Shown piece after piece: positions 10,032-18,663 of a stretch of DNA of 64,000 nt. Source of the stretch: Myxococcaceae bacterium (GTDB lineage: Bacteria > Myxococcota_A > Polyangia > Polyangiales > Ga0077539); NCBI GenBank assembly GCA_004297725.1, contig SCUS01000054.1, forward strand, positions 7,731-71,730, read 5' to 3'. Below the pieces are notes generated by a model. It ran no database searches and had not been told where the DNA came from. It saw only the letters and a list, made by a program, of their open reading frames with translations. The stretch's first letter is position 1, and each line of letters opens with the position of its first letter. The position numbers and the translations under genes were made by a program.

Positions 10032-10556
10032 CGGTACGCGCGACCACGTCTACCCGATGCGGCCTCGCCCGGAGGGGAGCGACCGAGCACGCCCACCCCA
10101 ACGCGGCCTCGCCCGGAGGGGAGCAACCGACCACGTCCACCCCAACGCGGCCTCGCCCGGAGGGGAGCAACCGAGCACGTCCACCCAGCGCGTCTTCGCC
10201 GCGACGAGCGACGTCATCGAGTGGGGAATCGACGATGCACGGCTCTCGGATTCGGAGTCCGTCGCCAACCGCGCTGGGAGAACGTGCTCGGTCGCTCCCC
10301 TCCGGGCGAGGCCGCGTTGGGGTGGACGTGCTCGGTCGCTCCCCTCCGGGCGAGGCCGCATTGGGGTGGACGTGGGTGGGCTCTCCCCCGCCCTCACGGG
10401 CTGGGGTCTGGCTCGGGTTACTGACGGCCTCACAGTCGTACCGGGGACTCCCCGCCGATGGCCTCGCGGTCGTACCGGGGATATCCCCGCTGATGGCCTC
10501 TCGGTCGCTCCCCTCCGGGCGAGGCCGCATTGGGGTGGACGTGGTCGCTCGTACCG
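10032..10556. repeat. Composite palindromic REP/MITE-like element built from 44-bp units, 34-bp units and a shared core
   Basis: About 3 tandem copies of GCGGCCTCGCCCGGAGGGGAGCRACCGASCACGYCCACCCCAAC (10059-10187), inverted copies at about 10270-10375 and 10501-10550, and near-identical ~54-bp terminal inverted repeats starting CGGTAC. Segment 10381-10500 matches the element at 40858-41284. Confidence 0.9.
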
Positions 10557-10581
10557 GGCGTACGCTCGCTGGCGGGAGGCG

Positions 10582-11262
10582 ATGACCGCGATGGCGAAGA
10601 CCAGGGCAGCGACGAAGACAGCGGGCGTGAAGAAGAGCGGTGGCAGCGACAAGCTCATCGCGGCGACGAAGCGGGACGCGCTCGCCGCGAGGAGGAAGAA
10701 GCTCAGCACGCTGGGCGCGCTCATCCGTCGGCGGCTGACGACGGTGGTGGAGAGCTTCTACGACATCGGCGTGGCGCTCACCGAGGTGCTGAAGAGCAAG
10801 CTCTACGCGGCGGGCGGGCACGCGAGCCTCGAGGCGTGGCTGGAGGCGGAGGGGCTGCTGTCGCACACGCAGGCGAAGAAGCTCATCGCCATCGTGAAGA
10901 GCGTCCCTCGCGAGCAGGCGCTCGCCGTCGGGCAGGAGCGGGCCTACGCGCTGATCGCGCTGTCGGCCGCCACGTCCGAGCCGGACAGCGCGGCGGAGCT
11001 CATCGCGCACGGGGTGGTCGACGGCCAGCCCGCGGCGAAGGCGCCGGTGAGGGCGATCGCGGCGGCCGCGAAGGGCGAGCGAGCGAAGGCGCCGAAGACG
11101 GCGGCGGCGAAGGCGAAGGCGAAGGCCGACGCGGCGGTGGAGAAGACCGTGCGGGCGATGCTGCGCGCCAGCGGGCTGAAGGCGACGACGGTGAGCGTGG
11201 GGCGCGACGAGGTGCGGGTGGTGGTTCCGCGCAGGCAGCTGGAGAAGGCGGCGGAAGGGTGA
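10582..11262 (+). CDS. Basic hypothetical protein, DUF3102-like (putative DNA binding)
   Basis: FYDIGVALTEV..KLYAAGGHASLEAWL pattern; K/A-rich. Start at ATG 10582 or 10591 after GGAGG. Confidence 0.65.
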   Translation: MTAMAKTRAATKTAGVKKSGGSDKLIAATKRDALAARRKKLSTLGALIRRRLTTVVESFYDIGVALTEVLKSKLYAAGGHASLEAWLEAEGLLSHTQAKKLIAIVKSVPREQALAVGQERAYALIALSAATSEPDSAAELIAHGVVDGQPAAKAPVRAIAAAAKGERAKAPKTAAAKAKAKADAAVEKTVRAMLRASGLKATTVSVGRDEVRVVVPRRQLEKAAEG

Positions 11263-11397
11263 AGCGACGAGGGCCGGACGTCCGTCCCCCGAGGGACCGA
11301 CGTCCGTCCCCCGGCGACGGTCGTACCCTGTCCGCGCGCACCCCCGATCGTTGCCGGTCTTATCGGGCTCCGCGCGTTCGGCCTTACCATCCCGCGC

Positions 11398-13209
11398 GTG
11401 AGACCGACCCACCCCCTGCGAACCCTCGCGACCCTGCTGGCCCTCGGCGCGCTCCCCGTGGCCTGCACCCCCAGGTCGCTCGGCGCCAACCTCCCCGAGG
11501 ACGCCGCGGTCCTCGATGACGCCACCGACGTGGGCACCGCGGCCGACGTGGTCACCCCGACCGACGCGCCCTCGATCGACACGCCCGCCTCTCCCGACGT
11601 GCCCTCCGCGCCCGACGTGCCCCCGCTCGATGTCCCCTCCACCCCGGACCTCGGCGTCGATGTCCCCTCGACCCCGGACCTCGGCGTCGACGCGGGCCCC
11701 TCGTGCCGCACCGACCGCGACTGCGCCCTCGGCCTCGTCTGCGACCGCAGCCGCAGCCTCTGCGTGGAGTGCCTCTCCGCGGTCGACTGCGGCGACGCCG
11801 GGCGCATGTGCGTGAGCTCCCGCTGCGTCACCCGCGTCCCCTGCGTGTCGTCGCGGACGTGCAGCGGCCAGGTGTGCGACCCCGCCCGCGGCTACTGCGT
11901 CGACTGCCTCACCGCCACCGACTGCGCCCCCGGCCAGACCTGCGGTCCCGACGCCACCTGCCAGGCCCGGCTCTGCACCCCCGGCGCCGCCGAGTGCGTC
12001 GGCGCCACCCGCGCCCGCACCTGCGACGCCCGAGGCCTCGCGTGGACCGAGCTCCCCTGCGCCTCCGGGACCACCTGCTCCGGCGGCATCTGCCGCGCCC
12101 GGGTGTGCACCCCCTCGGAGGCGAGCTGCGCCAACCCCAGCACCCGCCAGGTCTGCAACGCCGACGGCTTCGGCTACACCCCGATGACCTGCCCCGCCGG
12201 CACCACCTGCTCCGGCGGCGTCTGCACCACGCGCGTCTGCACCCCCGGGGCGACCGACTGCTCCGGCGCCACCGCGCTGCGCATCTGCAACGCCGAGGGC
12301 ACCGGCTACACCGCGGCGGCCTGCGGCGCGCGCACGACCTGCCGCGCGGGCGCCTGCACCCCGTGGATCTGCTCCCCGGGCGAGCTCTCCTGCGCCTCGA
12401 CGAGCGCCCGCCAGACCTGCAACGCCGACGGCCTCGGGTACACCGCCACGGCCTGCCCCGCGGGGCAGAGCTGCGCCTCGGGGACGTGCCGCGTCGCGAC
12501 GGTCTGCACCCCGGGGATGGCCTCGTGCGCCTCGGCGACGATGCTCAACGTGTGCAGCGCCGACGGCACCAGCAGCACCACCACGACCTGCCTCAACGCC
12601 CCCAACGCCACCGGGCGCTGCACCGGATCGGGCTGCGGCATCGCCTGCAACACCGGCTTCGCCGACTGCAACGGCAGCACCTCCGACGGCTGCGAGACGC
12701 CCACCGGGACGACGAGCAACTGCGGCGGCTGCGGGGTGCGCTGCGGCGGCGGTCAGATCTGCTCGGGCGGCGCCTGCGTGGCGGGCGGCTGCGCGGGCGC
12801 GGCGTGCTCCTTCGTCATGAACTGCTGCGCGGGCTACATCTGCTCCGACAGCCTCGTCGGCACCTGCGTCTCCAACGCCTGCCCGACGGAGGGGCAGTCG
12901 TGCGCCCTCCCTGGCCGCTGCTGCGCGGGCCTCACCTGCCAGGGCCGCGTGTGCGTGGCGTCCTCCTGCGACGTCGCGGGCAACCCCCGCGACAGCGGCG
13001 GGTCGTGCTGCTCGGGGCTCTCCTACCGCCCGTCGCCGACCACCTCGCTCTGCTGCAAGGAGGCCAGCGTGAGCTGCACCGACAGCAACGAGTGCTGCGG
13101 CCGGATGCTCTGCACCAGCGGCCGCTGCGCCTGCGTGGCAGCGGGCTCGGCCTGCTCGGCCTCGGCGGACTGCTGCAGCCGCTCGTGCAGCATGGGCACC
13201 TGCCTCTGA
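11398..13209 (+). CDS. Large Cys-rich repeat lipoprotein
   Basis: Lipobox LPVAC, a D/P-rich linker, about five ~42-aa repeats (xCTPGxxxC...CNADGxGY...CxxGxxCxGGxC) and a C-terminal CC-rich region. Confidence 0.85.
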   Translation: MRPTHPLRTLATLLALGALPVACTPRSLGANLPEDAAVLDDATDVGTAADVVTPTDAPSIDTPASPDVPSAPDVPPLDVPSTPDLGVDVPSTPDLGVDAGPSCRTDRDCALGLVCDRSRSLCVECLSAVDCGDAGRMCVSSRCVTRVPCVSSRTCSGQVCDPARGYCVDCLTATDCAPGQTCGPDATCQARLCTPGAAECVGATRARTCDARGLAWTELPCASGTTCSGGICRARVCTPSEASCANPSTRQVCNADGFGYTPMTCPAGTTCSGGVCTTRVCTPGATDCSGATALRICNAEGTGYTAAACGARTTCRAGACTPWICSPGELSCASTSARQTCNADGLGYTATACPAGQSCASGTCRVATVCTPGMASCASATMLNVCSADGTSSTTTTCLNAPNATGRCTGSGCGIACNTGFADCNGSTSDGCETPTGTTSNCGGCGVRCGGGQICSGGACVAGGCAGAACSFVMNCCAGYICSDSLVGTCVSNACPTEGQSCALPGRCCAGLTCQGRVCVASSCDVAGNPRDSGGSCCSGLSYRPSPTTSLCCKEASVSCTDSNECCGRMLCTSGRCACVAAGSACSASADCCSRSCSMGTCL

Positions 13210-13235
13210 TCGGACGAGAGCGGGGGAGCTCGGGC

Positions 13236-13389
13236 GGCCCCCTCACCGCGCTACCGCGCGCCCTGCACCCCCGCGGGGCGGGGGCAAGGGCTCCGACGTC
13301 TTCAGTCCGAGCGCGAACCTGACAGCGACCTGAGCCCTTGCCCCCGCCCCGCGGGGGTGCAGGGCGCGCGGTAGCGCGGTGAGGGGGCC
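13236..13389. repeat. Perfect 58-bp inverted repeat with 38-bp spacer (REP-doublet-like; possible bidirectional terminator)
   Basis: 13236-13293 is the exact reverse complement of 13332-13389; it lies between convergent genes. Confidence 0.9.
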
Positions 13390-13392
13390 CCT

Positions 13393-16300
13393 TCACCCCT
13401 CCCGATAGCGCCAGCTCAGGGTCTCTGCCGCGCCCGCTTCTCCGAGCACCTCCACGGCCGACTCGCGGTCGCAGAAGTCCATCGCGTACGAGCGGATGCG
13501 CGACGCGCAGGCCATGATGTCGCGGTCGCCCGGGATGTAGTCGAGGAAGGTACGGCTACACAGCAGCAGCATCTTCTGCTTCGCCCGCGAGGTGAGCACG
13601 TTGAAGCGGCTCAACCCGTAGATGAACTCCTCCTCGGCCATGAGCTGGTCGCGCGCGGAGATGCCCATCGAGGCCACGATGAAGGTCCGGTCCGAGCCCT
13701 GGAACTTCTCCACCGAGTACACCGTCTGCCGCAGGCAGCGGTCCAGCTCCGCGTCGTCCAGCGAGCTCCTCCGTACCGCTCCCTCTCCACCCCCCAGCCT
13801 CGCCTTGATCTCCCGGATGATCTGCCTCCCCTGCGCGTTGTGCGGCGCCACCACCCCGACGTGCTCCGCCCAGAACGCCCGCTCCTCCGCCGCGCTCTTC
13901 ACCCCCATCTGCGCGAAGAAGCCCGCCACCACCTCCGCCGCCAGCGTCGCCTCCAGAGGGCTCGTCGCCCGCTCTCCCTCCCGCCCGTGCACCAGCGTGT
14001 GCACCTCGCGCGACGGGTCGAGCACCGCCCGCACCCACGGGCTCGTCACCTCCGACGGAACCTCCGGGAGCAGCGCATACGGCCGCTCCTTCCGGAAGGC
14101 GCGCAGCTCGGTGTAGATCCCCAGCGTGCGGGTGTAGTCCACGATCGTATCCGTGGAGCGGTAGTTCACCTGGAGCTGGTGCGCGGGCATCCGGTGGCCC
14201 TCCAGGAAGTAGTGGAAGAGGCTCCCCAGCACCTTGCGCAGCTTGCGCGGCGGCTTCACCTGCTGCACCGGCGGGAGCTGGTGCTGGTCGCCCACCACCA
14301 CCACCAGGGTGCGCCTCGCGGGCATCGACGCGATGGCCATGGACTCCAACAACCGCGGCACCGGCCGCTCGTAGTCGGGCGTCGCGTCGGTGTAGCCGAG
14401 CGTCACCTCGCCGGGCCAGAGCACCTCGGCCGCCGCGAGGAAGTGGTCCGTCGGGAGCTGCGAGGCCTCGTCGACGATGATCAGGTCGAAGCCCGTGTCG
14501 TTCTTCAGGAAGTCGTAGGTGAACTTCGCCGCCGTGCTCGGCCCCGTCAGCTTGAAGAGCGAGTGCGCGTTGGCGAACATCACGAAGGACGGCGGCAGCG
14601 CGTCCTCCAGGCGCCTCCCCCCGGTGCGCTCGACCTTCACCCCGTCGAGCGTCATCGTGGGGCCGTGGATGGTGAGCCCGTGAGCCCCTCGGACGGGCAC
14701 CTCGCGGTCGCCGGAGAGCATGAACACCAGCGGTAGCTTCGCCGCCGCGGTGGGCTGCTGCTGCGCGTCGCGGTGCTCGCTGAGCTTGCGGGCCAGCACC
14801 ACCATCGCGTCGTAGGAGAAGGCCGTGACCAGCACCCGCACCGGTCCGTCGGCGCGGAGGACGAACTCGTCGACCAGGGCCGCGAGCGTCTGCGACTTGC
14901 CCGTCCCCGGAGGCCCCTGGAGGCAGGTGATGGTGCTCCCCAGGGCGAGCCGGATGGCCTCCTGCTGCGACGCATCCGGCGGAGGAGACACGGTGGTGCG
15001 GAGGGGATCGTGGTCGGGGATCCTCCCCGTGGGCAGCAGGGCCGGAGCGTAGAGGTAGGTCTCCGCCATGCTGAAGGTGAGCGAGGGAGGCGGAGGCAGC
15101 GCGGGCTCCGGGTGCAGGCCCATCAGCATCGACGCGCGGAAGCCCAGCCACGAGTGCCCGGTGCGCCACGACCAGCGGCGCAGCAGGCCGTTCTTGTTGT
15201 CGAGCAGCCGCCCCGACCAGATGTCCATGGTCGTGGGGTAGAGGTAGATCGGGTCTTCGGTGAGCGCGTCTCCGAGGGCCGAGAGCGCGGCGCCGAAGTC
15301 CTTCTCGCTGGCCGCGACGACGCACTCGTAGCAGCGGCGCGCGGCGTCGTAGCGCATCTCCACCAGCTCGACGCCCCACTCCTTGAGCTGGCTCTTCGCG
15401 CGCTTCGACTCCGGCACCAGCAGCGCCCGGTCGCCCTCCTTGAAGCGCACCTCGGCGGACATTCCATGGAGCTCGAAGCGCGCCCCTCCGTGGGGCATGT
15501 CCTCGTCCGGAGGGAGCGGCTGGAGGGCGGTGACCTCCGCGGCGTAGAGCCTCCCGATCCCCTTGGAGGGGTAGCTGTAGCGCACGTCGTCGACGGAGAG
15601 CTGCGCCGCCGTCGCGTTGAGCCGCGCGAACATGTACCAGGTGCGGGCGATGGCGTGCAGCCCGCCGAGGGGGAGGGTCTGGCGCATCCGGCGCACCTGG
15701 ATGGCCTCGCGCAGCATCAGCGACTCGCGCATCTCCGAGCGCACCGTCTGCAGGATGCGCTCGAGCCCCTGGAGCTTCACCTCGAGCTGGTCGCCGATCT
15801 GGGTGAGCTTCTGGTTGCGCTTGTTCTGGTTGCCCTCCTCGATGGCGGAGTGCCAGACGGCGTAGTCCATGTAGTTGAAGTGCGGCGCCCAGTAGCGGCT
15901 GGAGACGCTCCAGCGGAAGTCGCTCTTCAGCATCCCGTGCCAGGTGCAGTTGATGACGTGGGGAAGGCCCTGGGTGGTCTCCACGAAGGAGCGGAGGTCG
16001 AAGAGCTTCTGGTGCCGCGTGGCGTGCACCACGCCCGACTCCGTGGGGGCGAGCCACTGGAGAAGCTCCTCGAAGCGGCGGCGCAGCGTGGGGTCGGTGT
16101 GGATGCGGTCGACCTGGCGCTCCAGCATGTCCTGCGCGTGCTGCACCTGGTCCGAGGACCAGTAGAAGATCGCGAGCGAGGGGGCGGAGGGAGCGTTCCA
16201 GCTGCGGCCGTCGGCGAGGAGCACCGGGTGGATCACGCCCACCAGGGACTCCATCGCGTTGCAGAGGGTCACGCAGGCGGAGAGCTGGTTGAGCAGGTCC

Positions 16301-17907
16301 TGGGCGAGCTCGAACTCCTGCAGCGGGGTGACGTCGCCCGCCACGTAGCGCCAGGTCCAGCGCGCCTTGAGGGGAGCGCCCGGGTCGTCGTCGCGGGAGA
16401 GCAGCTCCAGCTTGCCGGAGTCGTGGAGGGCCGAGAGCGCGTGGCTCGCCTCGGCGATGAGCTCGTCGGCCGCGCCGGAGGTGACGCCCGCGTCCCGGAG
16501 GAAGGCCTCGTCGAGGGAGGGGCGCAGCCCGTGGGCGGCCTTGATCATCACCGCCGCGCTGGCGTTGGACTCCAGCAGCAGTCGGAAGTGATCCCACCAG
16601 GCGTCGTAGAGGTCGCGGTGCGCCGCGTTGGGAGCGCAGGTGATCTCCAGCCGCAGCGCCGCGCCGAAGACCACGTCGTGCGTCGGGTCGGACTCCAGGT
16701 CGACCAGCAGGGTCATGTCGCTGTAGCGAGGGAGCGCCATGGAGAGGTGGCGCTGCCCGCCGAGGTCGAGGACATGGGCGGCGACGCGCTGCTGCTCCAT
16801 CAGGGCGCGGGCGCGCAGCCGTAACATCGGTCGCTCGGCGTAGATGGGGTCGTAGCCCGACGAGGGAGGCACGACGGCGAGCGAGGTGGCGACGTCGCGC
16901 ACGGTGTCGAGCTTCTCCAGCGAGCGGAGGAGCCCGGCGGTGGTCGGGGAGGTGTAGGGGATGAGCCGGAGGTCCCAGTCGCCGGGGTCGGTGGAGCCGC
17001 GCTCCAGGGAGATCTTGCAGTCGTTGAGGTAGCGGCACGCGCCGCACGCGGGCTGCACCCGGACGTCCACCGCGTCGGGGTCGTGGGGGCGCCTGGAGAC
17101 GAGCTCCCGCACCCTCGCCGTCGCTCGCTCGAAGAGCACCCGCGCGTCGTCCCACACCAGCGGGACCATGAACTCCCCGGTGAGCTTCTCCAGGGTCAAC
17201 CCCGCGAAGGGATCGTCGATGAAGGGCAGGATCCCGTGGCCGTCGGCGGAGACGAAGAAGCGGTCGGCGACGCCCTGGGCGCGGAGCCAGTGGGAGAGTC
17301 CGTGGGCGTAGAAGAGGAGCTCGACGAAGTGCGAGCGGCCGACGCCGTGCTCGCTGGTGTGCTTCACGTCGAGCACTCGCAGCGAGAGCCGGGCGCGGCG
17401 CTCGTCGGGGGGGAGCACCCGGAGGCGCCCGTCGGGGAGCACCTCGCGGGCGACGGCGTCGTCGGCCGTGGAGGAGACCAGGAGCACGTCGGGGCGGAAG
17501 TTCTGGTCGGGGAGGGTGACGGGCATGGGGCCGTCGGCGGCGGCGTCCACGAGGAAGCGATAGAAGCTCTCCGGGAGGGTGGCCTCGTGCTCCAGCAGGA
17601 TCAGCGGCCCCGCGGAGGCGTCGGCGTGGAGGGCTCCGAGGGAGCGGCCGTCGAGCTTGCGGGGCAGCACCTCGCCGGCCTGATCGAGCTCGGCGCGGGC
17701 GCCCGGAAGCTGGCGCAGGGCGCGGTAGACCTGCTGCTCCCAGACGTGGCCGAGGCGGGCGGCCTCGTGGCGCTCGAAGTCGGGCTCGACCAGCTCGCGG
17801 TAGGGCGAGAGCAGGGCCGGGTCGGCCTCCGCGAGGTCCCAGAGGAGGCGTCGATCGCACTCGGTCTCGACGTAGTGCTTGAAGGCCAGCTTGTTGAGTC
17901 GCGCCAC
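13393..17907 (-). CDS. Dna2/TM0106-like nuclease-helicase (Fe-S PD-(D/E)XK nuclease, RNase H-like region, SF1B helicase)
   Basis: N-terminal Cys plus CGACRYLNDC bracket RPDVL..DVKH..ELLFY; helicase motifs GPPGTGKS, DEASQ, GDQHQLPP, NYRS, APHNAQ, VEKFQG and RFNVLTSRAK. Confidence 0.9.
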   Translation of the reverse strand: MARLNKLAFKHYVETECDRRLLWDLAEADPALLSPYRELVEPDFERHEAARLGHVWEQQVYRALRQLPGARAELDQAGEVLPRKLDGRSLGALHADASAGPLILLEHEATLPESFYRFLVDAAADGPMPVTLPDQNFRPDVLLVSSTADDAVAREVLPDGRLRVLPPDERRARLSLRVLDVKHTSEHGVGRSHFVELLFYAHGLSHWLRAQGVADRFFVSADGHGILPFIDDPFAGLTLEKLTGEFMVPLVWDDARVLFERATARVRELVSRRPHDPDAVDVRVQPACGACRYLNDCKISLERGSTDPGDWDLRLIPYTSPTTAGLLRSLEKLDTVRDVATSLAVVPPSSGYDPIYAERPMLRLRARALMEQQRVAAHVLDLGGQRHLSMALPRYSDMTLLVDLESDPTHDVVFGAALRLEITCAPNAAHRDLYDAWWDHFRLLLESNASAAVMIKAAHGLRPSLDEAFLRDAGVTSGAADELIAEASHALSALHDSGKLELLSRDDDPGAPLKARWTWRYVAGDVTPLQEFELAQDLLNQLSACVTLCNAMESLVGVIHPVLLADGRSWNAPSAPSLAIFYWSSDQVQHAQDMLERQVDRIHTDPTLRRRFEELLQWLAPTESGVVHATRHQKLFDLRSFVETTQGLPHVINCTWHGMLKSDFRWSVSSRYWAPHFNYMDYAVWHSAIEEGNQNKRNQKLTQIGDQLEVKLQGLERILQTVRSEMRESLMLREAIQVRRMRQTLPLGGLHAIARTWYMFARLNATAAQLSVDDVRYSYPSKGIGRLYAAEVTALQPLPPDEDMPHGGARFELHGMSAEVRFKEGDRALLVPESKRAKSQLKEWGVELVEMRYDAARRCYECVVAASEKDFGAALSALGDALTEDPIYLYPTTMDIWSGRLLDNKNGLLRRWSWRTGHSWLGFRASMLMGLHPEPALPPPPSLTFSMAETYLYAPALLPTGRIPDHDPLRTTVSPPPDASQQEAIRLALGSTITCLQGPPGTGKSQTLAALVDEFVLRADGPVRVLVTAFSYDAMVVLARKLSEHRDAQQQPTAAAKLPLVFMLSGDREVPVRGAHGLTIHGPTMTLDGVKVERTGGRRLEDALPPSFVMFANAHSLFKLTGPSTAAKFTYDFLKNDTGFDLIIVDEASQLPTDHFLAAAEVLWPGEVTLGYTDATPDYERPVPRLLESMAIASMPARRTLVVVVGDQHQLPPVQQVKPPRKLRKVLGSLFHYFLEGHRMPAHQLQVNYRSTDTIVDYTRTLGIYTELRAFRKERPYALLPEVPSEVTSPWVRAVLDPSREVHTLVHGREGERATSPLEATLAAEVVAGFFAQMGVKSAAEERAFWAEHVGVVAPHNAQGRQIIREIKARLGGGEGAVRRSSLDDAELDRCLRQTVYSVEKFQGSDRTFIVASMGISARDQLMAEEEFIYGLSRFNVLTSRAKQKMLLLCSRTFLDYIPGDRDIMACASRIRSYAMDFCDRESAVEVLGEAGAAETLSWRYREG

Positions 17908-17972
17908 GCGAGGGACAGTATCCGAAGCGCCGGGTGGAGAGAGGGGAGGCGTGCGGTAGCATCGCCCGCGCG

Positions 17973-18650
17973 ATGAAGAACAAGCCCCGAAAGCGCCCCT
18001 CTCCCCCGAAGTCCCGACCGCACTCCTTCGCGCCCGAGCTCGGCGCCGAGGAGGCCGCGGCGATCTGCGCCCTCAGCGACGCTGCGATGGGAGCGCGCGA
18101 CGGGAGGGCCATCGCGGCGCTGCTGTCGTCGGGAGCGCGGGCCCACTGCGTCGAGCACGCGAGGGAGTTCCACGAGGGGATGCGGCCGATCGTGGCGACC
18201 TTCGCGAAGAGCCCGACGGCGGAGCGGTTGTTCCGGAGGTTTCTCCCGGCGGCGCTCGACCCGTCGCGCGCCACGGGCGACGAGGTGGCCGTCACCGAGC
18301 AGGAGGTGACGGTGCAGGGCGTGGTGAGGTCGATGGTCGAGGCCGACCGAGACATGGCGGAGATCTTCGACGCCGCGCTGCGCATGCTCGACCCGCTGGT
18401 CGGCGCGACCGTCGACGACGTGCTCGCGGGGCTACTCGCGCAGATGGCCGACGACCTGCACGCCACGGGCTGGTCGAGCACGCCGCTCGGCAGCCGCGTG
18501 GAGGGCGGGCACGTCGTGCTGTCCGTGAGCGCAGCCGGACCGCAAGGAGAGCGCCGGGTCGAGGACTGGCGGGTCGTGCGCGAGGCGGACGGCTGGCGCA
18601 TGGACATCGACTGCACCGAGTGCCAGGGGGCCCGCGCGCAGTACGGCTGA
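17973..18650 (+). CDS. Hypothetical protein
   Basis: Host-like codon usage; divergent from the helicase; C-terminal WRVVREADGWRMD (NTF2-like ending) followed by CTEC. Confidence 0.65.
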   Translation: MKNKPRKRPSPPKSRPHSFAPELGAEEAAAICALSDAAMGARDGRAIAALLSSGARAHCVEHAREFHEGMRPIVATFAKSPTAERLFRRFLPAALDPSRATGDEVAVTEQEVTVQGVVRSMVEADRDMAEIFDAALRMLDPLVGATVDDVLAGLLAQMADDLHATGWSSTPLGSRVEGGHVVLSVSAAGPQGERRVEDWRVVREADGWRMDIDCTECQGARAQYG

Positions 18651-18663
18651 TACCCAGCAGAAG

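Noticed and set aside
10059-10375. 44-bp repeats as a CRISPR or as the coding N-terminus of ORF 10057..11262
   Set aside because: There are no spacers and the copies are inverted. The translation is repeat-derived, and the real gene has its own SD and ATG at 10582 or 10591.
13393-17907. Cas4-like motif as evidence of a CRISPR-Cas locus
   Set aside because: The Fe-S nuclease is fused to an SF1 helicase, and there is no cas1, cas2 or array in the window.
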